Below, in pieces: positions 28,963 through 38,087 of a stretch of DNA of 64,000 bases (position 1 is its first letter; each line of letters starts with the position of its first letter). Under the pieces are notes generated by a model. The model was not told where the DNA came from. It did not search any database and was given only the letters and a program-made list of their open reading frames with translations. Made by a program: the position numbers and the translations under genes. The stretch covers positions 149,229 to 213,228 of the forward strand of contig CAYJOL010000002.1 of NCBI GenBank assembly GCA_964371785.1, given 5' to 3'. Source of the DNA: an uncultured Ignavibacteriales bacterium (lineage in GTDB: Bacteria; Zixibacteria; MSB-5A5; GN15; FEB-12).

Positions 28963-30335
28963 CTTTGATCATACAACATCTGGTGGACAGCTTAGTCAGT
29001 ATCAGCACATTTACGGGAGTAGCCGGGTATGTAGTAAAATCGACCCTCCTGATGGCGCTGTTACTGCTACTTCAGCCATTACTTCGCGCTGCCTCGCCCG
29101 CCGTGCGGCATCTCACTCTGCGGATCGGGCTGGCCGGCGTGCTTCTGCTGACGTTGCTCGTTTTCGTGATGCCAACCTGGTTAGTTCCCTATCCTGATTT
29201 CGTTGGCAAAATCACTCTCGGCACACAGACGAGCGCAGCAAACGATGCAGCTGCTGTCTCTTCCACTACCCGACTCTCGTGGTCTGAGCTTCTTTTTGTC
29301 GGCTGGTTACTCGGGTGTGTCGCGTTCGGACTCAGATACGCTGTTGGCATGATTTACGTTCGGCGCACTATTCGGGATTCTATTTTCTGTACCGAAGAAA
29401 CGTTGCTCACCACTGCCTCGCAGGTGGAGACCGAAGCCGGAATACAAAGACGAGTGCGCTACTTTCTTTCGGATCGGATAGTAATTCCGATGGCATGGCG
29501 GGTAATTCGGCCAGTCGTGATACTTCCAAGAGTGCTGCTGCCCAACAGCTCGGCGCTTCGGATGGTTCTCAAGCATGAACTCGCCCATATTAAACGTAAT
29601 GATATAGTCTGGCTCAATTTCGCATCGATTGTCACCATCCTGCATTGGTTCAATCCGTTGGCCTGGATGGTTCGCCGGAAGATGCTCAAAGAGAGCGAAT
29701 ACGCATGTGATGACTTTGTTTTATCGGCGGGAACGGCTGCCCAGGAGTATGCCCGCCTTCTGCTTGAATCAACCCGCGACTTTGGCCTCCCGGGGTCAAT
29801 GGTGATGACGAGCACTGCATATACAACACAATTGGAGGGAAGGATTATGTCAATCCTGACACATCGAAAACGCGAGCCATTTACGAGCAATCGTCTGGCT
29901 GCAGTAACAATCACTTTGGCCGCCATGATCGTGCTTCCACTCTCAACGGTCACTTTTCAGGCCTGTCAGAGTGGCGATACCAACAAGACTGAGACGGCGG
30001 CGGTTGCCCCCTCGACTTCCGAGGCTCTACCGTCGCCGGATGAGTTCGTGGCTGTGGATTCGACACCAGTGATGACTTATCAAGCGCCGACTGTCTACCC
30101 GCCCGATGCCAAAAGTGAAGGCGCGCAGGGCGCTGTTTGGGTAAAGGCGCTTATCGACAAGACGGGAGCAGTTGCGGAGATCCAAGTGGCGAAGTCATCC
30201 GGCGATGCCCGATTGGACAACGCCGCACTTGAGGCTGGAAAAGCCAACAAATTCACTCCAGCCCTCAAGGATGGCTTGCCGGTAGCCTCGTGGATCTCCT
30301 ACAAAGTCGTTTTTGAACTATCGGACAAGAAGTAG
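28959..30335 (+). CDS. BlaR1/MecR1-like M56 metallopeptidase fused to a C-terminal TonB domain
   Basis: Four TM helices, HEXXH (HELAHIKRND), and a C-terminal TonB_C (YPPDAKSEGAQGAVWVKALIDKTGAV ... KFTPA). Overlaps the blaI stop. Confidence 0.75.
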   Translation: MTLIIQHLVDSLVSISTFTGVAGYVVKSTLLMALLLLLQPLLRAASPAVRHLTLRIGLAGVLLLTLLVFVMPTWLVPYPDFVGKITLGTQTSAANDAAAVSSTTRLSWSELLFVGWLLGCVAFGLRYAVGMIYVRRTIRDSIFCTEETLLTTASQVETEAGIQRRVRYFLSDRIVIPMAWRVIRPVVILPRVLLPNSSALRMVLKHELAHIKRNDIVWLNFASIVTILHWFNPLAWMVRRKMLKESEYACDDFVLSAGTAAQEYARLLLESTRDFGLPGSMVMTSTAYTTQLEGRIMSILTHRKREPFTSNRLAAVTITLAAMIVLPLSTVTFQACQSGDTNKTETAAVAPSTSEALPSPDEFVAVDSTPVMTYQAPTVYPPDAKSEGAQGAVWVKALIDKTGAVAEIQVAKSSGDARLDNAALEAGKANKFTPALKDGLPVASWISYKVVFELSDKK

Positions 30336-30401
30336 GTCTGACTGATTTCAGCACTATTCCATCGATCGTATTGATCCAATTCCTGCAAATAGTCTCATTT
30401 C

Positions 30402-30436
30402 ATCACAGGTCCGGGCGTTGAACCCGGATCTGTGAT
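30402..30436 (+). other. 14-bp imperfect inverted repeat hairpin (ATCACAGGTCCGGG / CCCGGATCTGTGAT) downstream of the blaR1-like gene
   Basis: One mismatch and a 7-nt loop. No U-tract. Confidence 0.35.
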
Positions 30437-30640
30437 CACATCGTAATTCCCACTAGATTAGTTTTGATTTCCTTTCGGTCCAATCGGACTGACGCTGCCG
30501 CACGGTGTTGTCAGACAATTCGATTCCGAGATCATACTTCCCTATGCCAAAAAAAATCGACAGCGAAAATTGAATACTCTATATTCAGAGCAGGTATACT
30601 CAATAGTCTCGAGCAGACGAAAACGAGAGGGTGTTAAACC

Positions 30641-31162
30641 GTGGTAATTTTCGCTACAATTTTCGGCGTGGGGTTCGTGGTGCTCCTGATCAGTCTCGTG
30701 TTCGGACATGACGGTGACGTTCATGTCGAGGCGGACACATCGGGCCTTGACACGCATGGCCCGGGAGTCGTGAGCGTCAAGATGATTGCACTGCTTATGG
30801 TCGGGTTCGGAGCGTTCGGGTTCGGCACTCGTGCTACCACCGACTGGTCAATGTTCAAGTCATCGATGGCGGGTCTGGTAGGTGCAGCCGCGGTCGGGCT
30901 GGCGGGATATCTGATACTCCGCATGTTCTATTCATCGCAGGAGTCCTCTACCATTTCCGACCAGGACATCATCGGACAGGACGCGAATCTGATCGATGCC
31001 ATTAAAGGCGCTGAATATGGTCAGGCGGCGTGCGTCATTCGAGGCAGAGAGATTACTTTTTTGGCCCGCTCTGCACACGGTGAATCGATTTCGAAAAACG
31101 CCCCTGTACGTATCATTCGAAAATCAGGCAACGTTGTAACGGTCGAGCCGATCGACCGATAG
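30641..31162 (+). CDS. NfeD-family membrane protein (YuaF-like short form)
   Basis: Three N-terminal TM helices plus a C-terminal OB-fold. Immediately precedes the flotillin gene. GTG start. Confidence 0.6.
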   Translation: MVIFATIFGVGFVVLLISLVFGHDGDVHVEADTSGLDTHGPGVVSVKMIALLMVGFGAFGFGTRATTDWSMFKSSMAGLVGAAAVGLAGYLILRMFYSSQESSTISDQDIIGQDANLIDAIKGAEYGQAACVIRGREITFLARSAHGESISKNAPVRIIRKSGNVVTVEPIDR

Positions 31163-31199
31163 TTAACACGCAATCCCGTTATCGAGGAGGGAACAGTTC

Positions 31200-32801
31200 A
31201 TGCCACAGGCATTTGAGTATTTGATATGGCCGTTCATAGGACTGGCCGTCGTTATCTCGCTTATGGTGCTGGTCAAAGCGCTGACCGCATTCTACGTCCG
31301 GGTTCCCCCGAATAAAGCAGCATACTTCTACGGCGCACGGAGCGGCAAGAAAGGGATCCAGCACGTTACTCAGTCGGATCTGCCGGGAGCCCCGGCAGTT
31401 ACGGTCCTTCCTCCGGGCACGATTGTCGTAACCGGCGGTGGACGGATCCGCAAACCTATTATAGAAGAAGTGCAATTTCTTGATCTAACGGAAATCACGC
31501 TTCCTCAACTCCGCGTGGAGAATATGCCTAATACCGACGGTGTGCTGGTGACGGTGGAAGCAGTGGCGAACATCAGATTTAAGGACGATGCTCAGTCATT
31601 GCTGGCGGCCGGCTCCCGATTTCTCGGTATGCAGCCGCAACAGGTGCAGAGCGTGGCTCGAGAGACGCTGGAAGCGAACCTCCGTGGTGTAGTCGGAACG
31701 CTGACGGTCGATCAGCTCATCAAGGACCGCGATGCGTTTCGGCAACAGGTGCTTCGCGAAGCGGCCGATGACCTCGCCAGGCTGGGGATGCAGATCGATG
31801 TATTCAACCCGCAGTCGATTACTGATATCCAGGGTTATATTGAGGCGCTCGGTAAGAAGAGGACTGCCGAAGTAAAACGTGATGCCACAATCGGTGAGGC
31901 GGAGGCTCTCGCTGAGGCAAAGAAGCGTTCGACCGACGCAGATAGAGCGGCCGAAGTAGTGGCGCAGGAAAACGAACGACTCATGCTTGAAGCTCAAAAG
32001 AACACAAAAGTAGCCGGCCAAACATATGCTGCGGAAATTGCCAAGCAGACCGCTATAACCGAACAGGCCGGACCGCTGGCAACCGCGAGCGAACGGCAGA
32101 AAGTCATTGTGGCCGAAGTAAAAATCGAAGAAGAGCGGTCACGGGCGCAGATTTCGGTCGAAGAACAGAATATTCTTCGCGAGCAAAAATCGCAGGAGGC
32201 TGAGGTAGTCGTCCCGGCCAAAGCGAAAGCCGATGCGCAGGTACGGGAGGCTGAAGGTTACAAAATGGCTGAGATCTCACGCGCCGACGGTGATAAGTAT
32301 GGTACGATCGCACGGGCCGATGCTGAGCAACATAAACGTTCCGCTGAAGGTCTTGGACAAGCCGAGGCGCTTAAGGCAACCGGTCTTGCGGAAGCAGACG
32401 TAATTGAAAGACAGGGTTTGGCCAGAGCCGTAACCGTCTCCGAATTGGCCAAGGCGTACCAACAGTTCAACCAGGCGGCATTAACTCTTGAGTTGCTGAA
32501 GGTTCTGCCCAACGTGGTCGAATCGCTTGGTACTGTATTCGGTGCTATTGCCGCGCCGATGGGCAATATCGACAAATTGGTAGTAGTCGACAGTGGTGGC
32601 GACGGCGAAGGAAAGGGCGCGTTGAATCGTTTCACCAAAACCGGCCCGTTGATGCTCTTCCAATTCCTGGAACAAGCCAAGGCCGCAGGAATTGATGTCT
32701 CCGGATTAATCGCCAAACTGGGTATAACGACCGACGACCTCGTTGCCGCGGCGCCAAAGTCGGAGCCGCCCCAGGCAACCAGAAAGCGCGGCGATATCTA
32801 A
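31200..32801 (+). CDS. floT: flotillin (SPFH/band-7 domain, FloT/YuaG-like)
   Basis: N-terminal TM helix, SPFH domain, and a long EA-rich coiled-coil (EAEALAEAKKR ... AEVVAQE ...). Confidence 0.75.
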   Translation: MPQAFEYLIWPFIGLAVVISLMVLVKALTAFYVRVPPNKAAYFYGARSGKKGIQHVTQSDLPGAPAVTVLPPGTIVVTGGGRIRKPIIEEVQFLDLTEITLPQLRVENMPNTDGVLVTVEAVANIRFKDDAQSLLAAGSRFLGMQPQQVQSVARETLEANLRGVVGTLTVDQLIKDRDAFRQQVLREAADDLARLGMQIDVFNPQSITDIQGYIEALGKKRTAEVKRDATIGEAEALAEAKKRSTDADRAAEVVAQENERLMLEAQKNTKVAGQTYAAEIAKQTAITEQAGPLATASERQKVIVAEVKIEEERSRAQISVEEQNILREQKSQEAEVVVPAKAKADAQVREAEGYKMAEISRADGDKYGTIARADAEQHKRSAEGLGQAEALKATGLAEADVIERQGLARAVTVSELAKAYQQFNQAALTLELLKVLPNVVESLGTVFGAIAAPMGNIDKLVVVDSGGDGEGKGALNRFTKTGPLMLFQFLEQAKAAGIDVSGLIAKLGITTDDLVAAAPKSEPPQATRKRGDI

Positions 32802-33359
32802 ATGAGATCATTTCGAGAATATCACACCGACGGGGGGAGCAATCCCCCCCGTCGCCCGGAACGCGACGACCGGCGAGTTCCGGTTGTCGAGGCGGATGCG
32901 GTCAGAGCCGACGGACGTATAATGTATCCGTTGGAGACGCATTCGCCCGAAGCAATCGTCATACATTGCGGCGACCCGCGATTTCAGACCGCATTCCGGC
33001 GTTTCATCACTGAAGAACTGGGGATTGCCAGTTACACACCGGTAGTCGTCGGTGGCGGTGTGCATGCGTTCGGCGCCCAAAGTTTTCTGCCAAAGAATTT
33101 CAAAATACTCTGGGAGCAGATAAAATTCGCCTTGCAGGACGGTAAACCCCGCCAGATAATCATCATCAATCACGAGGATTGCACCTGGTATGAAAAAATG
33201 AGCGGTTACCATCCGAAGTTTGAAACTCATCAGAAAGGGAAACTGGATTTGGGCGTTGCCACCCGCCTGTTGCTGAAGGATTTTGCCGGAGTAGATGTCC
33301 GCACGTACTGGGCTTCGATTGTCGATGGCCGGGTACTATTTACGCCTGTCGCCGTGTGA
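32802..33359 (+). CDS. hypothetical protein with beta-carbonic-anhydrase-like CxDxR and HxxC motifs
   Basis: IVIHCGDPRF (C-x-D-x-R) and IIIINHEDCTW (H-x-x-C), in the order and spacing of beta-CA zinc ligands. Abuts the flotillin stop codon. Confidence 0.35.
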   Translation: MRSFREYHTDGGSNPPRRPERDDRRVPVVEADAVRADGRIMYPLETHSPEAIVIHCGDPRFQTAFRRFITEELGIASYTPVVVGGGVHAFGAQSFLPKNFKILWEQIKFALQDGKPRQIIIINHEDCTWYEKMSGYHPKFETHQKGKLDLGVATRLLLKDFAGVDVRTYWASIVDGRVLFTPVAV

Positions 33360-33554
33360 CTCGAATGGTAGCGCGCCCGTGACTTCCTTGCTCCGAAACG
33401 CCTATCGCAGTCCGTTTCTCGAACAGAGACTTTTGTTTGCGGTTTCATTCGTCGATAATCCTTGACATGCTTCCGGCTAACATGGTATGATTTGTCTATG
33501 ACAAATCAGGCGATCGTGGGCGCTTGAGATCACCTTAATAGAACAGGAGACCCT

Positions 33555-34640
33555 ATGCGCGTACCTTTCGTTTTACTGTACCTGTCCCTCCTGCTGATTT
33601 CACCGTCGCAAGCTCAGGATCAGTCTGCGTCGGCTGCGATCACAACCGTGGATGTCCAGTCGCTGGGACCGGCGCGTATCGGAAATCTTCCTCCGGCTCC
33701 GATACCCCCTGACAATGTCCAGTCGGCCGCGAAAGTCCAGCTCGGGAAGAAACTGTATTTCGATACCCGACTTTCCAAGGACAATACGGTGAGCTGTGCG
33801 ACGTGTCATGATCCCGCAATGGGCTGGTCTGACGCCGGACCAACCAGCAAAGGGATAAACAGCCAGTTGGGCGGCCGCAGAGCCCCGCCGGTTTCCAATT
33901 CCGCTTACAACAAACTTCAGTTCTGGGATGGCCGCGCCGCAAGTTTGGAAGAGCAGGCCAAAGGCCCGATCGAGAATCCGATTGAAATGGGCAACACTCA
34001 CACGGCCATGCTTCAGACAATAAGCGGCCTGCCCGGCTATGACGAGGAATTTCTGGCCGTATTTGGTACCTCGCCGATTACTATTAATCAGGTTGCCGAT
34101 GCTATCGCCGCGTTTGAACGAACTGTCGTGACCACCGACTCACCGTTCGATCGATATGTAGCAGGCAATAACTTGGCCTTAACGCCTCAGGAAAAGAAAG
34201 GGCTGGAAATATTCAACGGCAAGGGCCACTGCACCGCCTGCCATTGGGGCGGGCATTTTAGCGACGGCCGGTTTCATAATCTGGGGGTAGCACCGACTGA
34301 CCCATCGAAACCTGACGACGGCAGATTTGCCATCACCAAGAATCCCGCCGACAAGGGGGCGTTCAAAACGCCGACCGTGCGGGACGCAGCCAGGCGCGCG
34401 CCCTATATGCATCATGGTGGAGAAAAGACCCTTGAAGACGTGGTCAGATTATATAACCGCGGTGGTGGGACCGACGACGCCAATCTGGATCCATTGATGG
34501 TTCCCCTTGGTCTGACTGAGAGCGAAATCCAGGCGCTGGTCGCTTTCATGACCCGGGCGATGAACAGCCTGAATCCGGAGGTCGCCGATGTAAAGCCGAT
34601 CCCGCAATCGGATCTGCCGGGACAGGGGGAGAACAAATGA
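33555..34640 (+). CDS. ccp: dihaem cytochrome c peroxidase (CCP/MauG family)
   Basis: Signal peptide; CATCH and CTACH haem motifs; conserved FWDGRA ... PIENPIEM. Confidence 0.85.
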   Translation: MRVPFVLLYLSLLLISPSQAQDQSASAAITTVDVQSLGPARIGNLPPAPIPPDNVQSAAKVQLGKKLYFDTRLSKDNTVSCATCHDPAMGWSDAGPTSKGINSQLGGRRAPPVSNSAYNKLQFWDGRAASLEEQAKGPIENPIEMGNTHTAMLQTISGLPGYDEEFLAVFGTSPITINQVADAIAAFERTVVTTDSPFDRYVAGNNLALTPQEKKGLEIFNGKGHCTACHWGGHFSDGRFHNLGVAPTDPSKPDDGRFAITKNPADKGAFKTPTVRDAARRAPYMHHGGEKTLEDVVRLYNRGGGTDDANLDPLMVPLGLTESEIQALVAFMTRAMNSLNPEVADVKPIPQSDLPGQGENK

Positions 34641-35902
34641 AGAAGCTCATCCTGATTCTTTGCATTGCTATCGGTGTCATTTCTTTCTTGCCGGATAGCA
34701 GTGGGGCCATTCCGGCTTTCGCACGGAAGTACGGCTTTAACTGCAACATGTGCCATACCTCCTTTACCAAGTTGAACGACTTCGGCCAGAGGTACCGTGA
34801 CAACGGCTACCAGATCCCCGGCCAGGAAGGCAAAGAAGAAACATCGTTCACCTCCGCGCCACCCATCTCCATGCGTACTTCCGCCGGGCTTATTCTCAGC
34901 CATGATTCCGATACCAGTCACACCACTTCAGGATTTCACCTGAATGGTCTGGACCTCCTGGCGGCAGGGGTGATGCACAAGAATGTCTCATTCCTGATCA
35001 TCTATACACCGCGCATCGATGAACCATCAGCCGACTACACCGGAAGCGACAACGGAGCTAATCCGAGTCAACCGGGCGCGCTCGAATCGGCCAATATTGT
35101 GTTTAGCAATCTCATACCTGGGGCGTTCAATCTCAGGGTTGGACGATTCGAACCGGCGTATCATCTTTTCAGTTCCAAGCGCACATACTATCTGATTCAA
35201 CCATACGAAGTGTACGGTTTCGCGACTCCAAACAACTCGTTTGTATTCGATGATAATCAGATCGGCGTGGAAGCTTCCGGTCATTTCAGGAGTGGTTTTA
35301 AATATGCCGGTGGTATTGTCAACGGTACGGGAGCCAGTCCGGACAATAACAACGCCAAAGATCTCTACGGCACTATATCGAGAACGATTGGTCGCGGTGA
35401 TGGTCAGTCGTCCGGTCAACGGGTAGCCGGGTTCGCGTATCTCGGCTGGCAACCGACAGTATTGACCGACCCCTATGTCGGAAGCGCAGGCGATGCCGAT
35501 GGCAAGGCGAACAAGTCTTTCTACCGGGTTGGCGGAAGCCTCAGCATGAACTACACTACATTTAACCTGATGGGGTACTTCATGTACGGCTCCGATAACA
35601 AAGCCCTTGCGAGTGACACGACTTCCCAGGACTATCAGTATTCCGGCGGATTTGTCAGACTCGACTACGCCGGACTGGCCAATAACCGTCTGATGACTTC
35701 GGCCCTGTTCAACTGGGTCACACCGCCAAGCGAAGATGACGCGCGGAAAATCAGCGCGTTTTCGCTGTTGGCGCGGTATTATCTCGGTGACTGGACCGCG
35801 GTCAATGTCGCCCTGCACGCTGAATATACCTACCGGCAGGTAGGCAGCGACGAAAAGACGAAGCAGCACGATTTTGCCGCTTTAGTAGATTTCGATTTCT
35901 GA
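34637..35902 (+). CDS. predicted outer-membrane beta-barrel protein carrying a single N-terminal CXXCH haem-c motif
   Basis: Signal peptide, FARKYGFNCNMCH, alternating amphipathic strands, C-terminal DFDF. Overlaps the ccp stop (ATGA). Confidence 0.5.
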   Translation: MKKLILILCIAIGVISFLPDSSGAIPAFARKYGFNCNMCHTSFTKLNDFGQRYRDNGYQIPGQEGKEETSFTSAPPISMRTSAGLILSHDSDTSHTTSGFHLNGLDLLAAGVMHKNVSFLIIYTPRIDEPSADYTGSDNGANPSQPGALESANIVFSNLIPGAFNLRVGRFEPAYHLFSSKRTYYLIQPYEVYGFATPNNSFVFDDNQIGVEASGHFRSGFKYAGGIVNGTGASPDNNNAKDLYGTISRTIGRGDGQSSGQRVAGFAYLGWQPTVLTDPYVGSAGDADGKANKSFYRVGGSLSMNYTTFNLMGYFMYGSDNKALASDTTSQDYQYSGGFVRLDYAGLANNRLMTSALFNWVTPPSEDDARKISAFSLLARYYLGDWTAVNVALHAEYTYRQVGSDEKTKQHDFAALVDFDF

Positions 35903-35933
35903 TTGATTTCATTCCTTTTGTTTGTATGGTTGG

Positions 35934-35964
35934 CGGCTGTCCGATGAGGACAGCCGTTTTTTTT
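35934..35964 (+). terminator. rho-independent terminator
   Basis: CGGCTGTCC-gatga-GGACAGCCG followed by TTTTTTTT. Confidence 0.85.
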
Positions 35965-36147
35965 ATGGCGTGCAGGGAAACCGATGCAATCGTATATTAA
36001 GTCTGACACATCGTTTTGCCAAGGAAGCGAGATGGGGATTTTCCCGGAATTTTTGCACTTCTCTGCCTCAATTTCGGATGCGTCCGTCCCCAGATGCTTC
36101 ATATTTGGACAGAGAGCAAAAAGAGTCGTAAGAAAGGACGCAAACAC

Positions 36148-37254
36148 ATGAGTCAGCAAATTATGGCAAGGGAAAAACAGCCAGAATCGGATAACCAGTC
36201 GATGACCAAGTTGCCTCCCAGTTCAATCATGTACCGTGCTCTGGTCGAACGGGATTCGACTTTTGAGGGAATCTTCTATGTCGGGGTGACCTCGACCGGC
36301 ATTTTCTGCCGCCCCACCTGCCCCGCCCGTAAACCGAGACCGGAAAATGTCGAGTTCTTTCCTTCCACGCAGGAAGCGCTCTATGCCGGATATCGGCCGT
36401 GTAATCGGTGTAACCCACTCGACCGGGATCGCAAACCCTCGGAAATAGTCAGCCGCCTGCTGGAGTTGGTCGAGCAATCGCCTTCGGGGCGAATTACCGG
36501 TGCGGACCTTCGGGCGCAGGGTATCGACCCATCGACTGCTCGCCGACAGTTCCAACGTCACTACGGTATGACTTTCCAGGCGTATCATCGCGCCCGACGT
36601 ATGGGACTCGCCTTGCACGAAATTCGAAAGGGAGAAAGTGTGATTGGAGCGCAAATCGAACATGGTTATGAATCAGCCAGCGGATTCTGGGACGCGTTCA
36701 AGCACCTTTTTGGGACGCCACCAAGCAAAGCGGGACAGGTTGACTGTCTATTCGCCCGATGGATTGACACTCCGCTGGGAGCGGTGCTTGCGCTGGCCAA
36801 TGACAACGGACTCTATCTGCTGGAGTTTGTCGATCGACGCGGCCTTGAAAACGAAATCGTGCGCCTTCGCAAACGGACGGGCTATATTGTTGTACCGGGA
36901 AATCACGAGCACCTTGACACGATTGCAGATGAAATCAAAGCGTATTTCGACGGCACATCATTCGAATTCAGTGTTCCCATCATTCTGACCGGTTCGGAGT
37001 TTGAGCAGTCGGTGTGGAAAGTGCTTCGTACAATCCCACCGGGCCGAACGCAATCTTATGCCTGGATGGCACAGCAGCTTGGCAATGCGAATGCGACCCG
37101 CGCGGTCGGCCGCGCCAACGGACGCAATACGCTTGCGATTATTGTGCCGTGTCACCGGGTCATTCGCGCCGACGGGAGCCTCTGCGGCTATGGTGGTGGT
37201 ATCTGGCGGAAACAATGGCTGCTGGAGCACGAGCGGAAAATCACAGGAAAGTGA
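36148..37254 (+). CDS. ada: bifunctional Ada: methylphosphotriester-DNA methyltransferase / AraC-type regulator / O6-methylguanine-DNA methyltransferase
   Basis: Ada Zn domain (FYVGVTSTGIFCRPTCPARKP), AraC HTH, and the Ogt active site (IIVPCHRVI). The ORF is open from 36016; start chosen at ATG 36148. Confidence 0.75.
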   Translation: MSQQIMAREKQPESDNQSMTKLPPSSIMYRALVERDSTFEGIFYVGVTSTGIFCRPTCPARKPRPENVEFFPSTQEALYAGYRPCNRCNPLDRDRKPSEIVSRLLELVEQSPSGRITGADLRAQGIDPSTARRQFQRHYGMTFQAYHRARRMGLALHEIRKGESVIGAQIEHGYESASGFWDAFKHLFGTPPSKAGQVDCLFARWIDTPLGAVLALANDNGLYLLEFVDRRGLENEIVRLRKRTGYIVVPGNHEHLDTIADEIKAYFDGTSFEFSVPIILTGSEFEQSVWKVLRTIPPGRTQSYAWMAQQLGNANATRAVGRANGRNTLAIIVPCHRVIRADGSLCGYGGGIWRKQWLLEHERKITGK

Positions 37255-37302
37255 TCGAATGCGGCGAATGTCCGCCAGCGGCGGATTTCGAGCGAGGGCG
37301 AA

Positions 37303-37974
37303 CTAGCCGGTCGGTTGGGCAAGGATATTCGGCGAGCCTGCTAATCTCTGGTGCGAGTAACCCATCGAGGCCACGGTTGCGATAACTTCATCCGAGCGCG
37401 TTTCTACAATCAGTACCGGACGATGATTCTCGATCATCTTTCGCATCCCGGCCAGCACCTGTGACTCATAACCCTCGGCATCGATCTTGACTAACGTAAT
37501 TCTCTGTTTGATCGGGAGCAAATCCAGGGCCACTGTAAGCACTGCCAGATTACTTTCCCGATCAGGGTCACAGTGAGCTTCGTAGTAATTGTAAAGGCCG
37601 GCCGTAGACTGCGGGATGGACATCCCGACAACATCGAGCTTATCCGACACCGCGGCGTTTATGAGGGTCACATTGGTATGGGCGAACGACTGGACATTGG
37701 AGGCAAGCAAGGAGAATGTGGTTGGCACCGGTTCTATCGCGATTACCCGTCCGGTCGCGCCGACCAGTTCGGAAAATCTTTTGGTGTAATGGCCGACATT
37801 CGCGCCGATATCAATTACCCAATCGCCGGAGGAGACAAACTTCGAGAGGATCCTGTAATCCGGTTCTGGGGACACAAAAGTGCCACGTCGAATCTGGCGG
37901 CGGTAGTAAATTCGTTTGAGCCCACATCGCCATCGGTGAGGCAAGTGAGCCGCTAAACGCTTGAGCAGCGTCAT
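37303..37974 (-). CDS. FkbM-family SAM-dependent methyltransferase
   Basis: VIDIGANVGHYT motif and the FkbM-domain pattern. Confidence 0.6.
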   Translation of the reverse strand: MTLLKRLAAHLPHRWRCGLKRIYYRRQIRRGTFVSPEPDYRILSKFVSSGDWVIDIGANVGHYTKRFSELVGATGRVIAIEPVPTTFSLLASNVQSFAHTNVTLINAAVSDKLDVVGMSIPQSTAGLYNYYEAHCDPDRESNLAVLTVALDLLPIKQRITLVKIDAEGYESQVLAGMRKMIENHRPVLIVETRSDEVIATVASMGYSHQRLAGSPNILAQPTG

Positions 37975-38087
37975 GAAAAGCTTGTCCTTCTGGTAGCCGG
38001 CGTTTCTGCGCAGCGGCGTTAGTGACGGTGATAGTACTGCCCGCCCGGTGTTTATTCGATTCAGCCAACTCCTTACTTAGTCGGCAT

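Noticed and set aside
31850-32450. Apparent repetitiveness (GCNGANGC-rich) suggesting a DNA tandem repeat
   Set aside because: It is the Ala/Glu-rich coiled-coil coding region of flotillin. No exact DNA period is present.
35027-35869. 280-aa minus-strand ORF inside the CXXCH beta-barrel gene
   Set aside because: Antisense. The forward frame has signal peptide, haem motif and operon coupling to ccp.
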